A stretch of 64,000 nucleotides of DNA from Paragordius varius. Taxonomy: Eukaryota; Animalia; Nematomorpha. Where the stretch lies: assembly GCA_964247055.1 (NCBI GenBank), contig OZ176052.1, positions 7,378,001 to 7,442,000 on the forward strand, given 5' to 3'. The notes beneath the pieces were generated by a model. It did no database searches. It was not told the DNA's origin and worked only from the letters and a program-made list of their open reading frames with translations. Shown here piece by piece: positions 63,301 through 64,000 of this stretch. The translations under genes were made by a program, and so were the position numbers. Position 1 is the stretch's first letter. Each line of letters starts with the position of its first letter.

Positions 63301-64000
63301 TGGGAAGTGCCCTGGCTTACTATTACTTTTTATCCATGAATAAGCGGAAAATGTTGATGCAAAAATACCAACAGCACCTTCAACAACGGTATGGCCATGG
63401 AAATTTTGAGACACGAAAAATATTTGATGCTCTTGAAAGCAGTAGCGGTTCTTCTATCAAAAAAGAATATCGATATAAACGGACATCATATGACCTGTTA
63501 TACAATCAAAATCGAGGCGAAGGCGGACAATTGGCTTCCATTGATACAGACAATGGCCAAATAAATCATTTTCCCCTAATGGGGTCTCCTCCTTCAAACC
63601 CTACGCTCGATTATTTTGATGCTACGCCTAACCGTTTTGGTACATCTGGGGAAAACGTTAACTATTATGACGGTGGGGAGGAGTTACTGAATGGCGGTGA
63701 GAATGGAAATTCTCTAAATCCAGCCTCTGCGATACGTGATCCCACCACTGAACATCCCTCTCTACCTTTGGGAGAGTCGTCTTTTGATGCCGAAGAAGAA
63801 ATGATTAATGTACGAGCTTTGTGGTATCATCCGATGAATCTTGTTCCCTTCTCATACTATTCTGTTCGCGTTGAAGCACACATTTTGGATCCTTACTATG
63901 GGAATAGGTTTTACACACCTCCTTTTACTAGTTCAAATTACCAATCTGATATCACTTCTATTCGTTCGAAACATAAACAGGCCAAGGTTATTGTTCGCAC
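60302..64000 (+). CDS. DCC/neogenin/protogenin-like Ig-superfamily protein (4 Ig + FN3 domains), incomplete at both ends
   Basis: Exons about 60302-60495, 61141-61289 and 61387->64000 join in frame. Ig motifs LECP..YEWNKDG..GTYSC; LACQVTGNPAPNIIWLKNG..DSGIYTCRASN; LNCIAIGNPRPQITWYKNG..DAGIYQC; FN3 motifs VLLQWSVP..LEPDTEYSFQL and PTNLKA..STSIKITWEPP..NLVPFSYYSVRVEA. The last frame is open to the window edge, so it is absent from the ORF track. Confidence 0.8.

Noticed and set aside
61618-63414. ORFs 61618-61899, 62158-62367 and 63226-63414
   Set aside because: Alternative-frame or antisense shadows of the long Ig/FN3 exon.

Overview
Very AT-rich eukaryotic (animal-type) genomic DNA. No rRNA, tRNA or CRISPR was recognised. 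Five intron-containing host genes can be assembled by eye: (1) a strongly divergent ELMO/CED-12-family gene (minus, 6433 down to about 300, probably continuing off the left edge); (2) NAA15, the NatA auxiliary subunit (minus, 24692-13119, about 22 exons, much longer than usual); (3) an SLC5A sodium:solute symporter of the SMVT/SMCT type (plus, 26605-33844); (4) a secreted laccase-type multicopper oxidase with all copper ligands (minus, 43423-34194); (5) a DCC/neogenin-like Ig+FN3 gene (plus, from about 60300 off the right edge). Mobile DNA includes two TSD-flanked defective hAT elements inside host introns, Buster-type hAT remnants and MITEs, TA-flanked MITEs, a three-level nested element, four copies of a non-autonomous composite Helitron and a possible BEL/Pao remnant. 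The most notable observations are runs of 21-25 nt GT-AG micro-introns coexisting with ordinary and kb-sized introns in the same genes, an unidentified protein-coding family present four times, and a hAT carrying an antisense collapsed copy of its own transposase. All exon boundaries and homologies were derived by manual translation and recalled family motifs; no database search was run and the organism is not identified.
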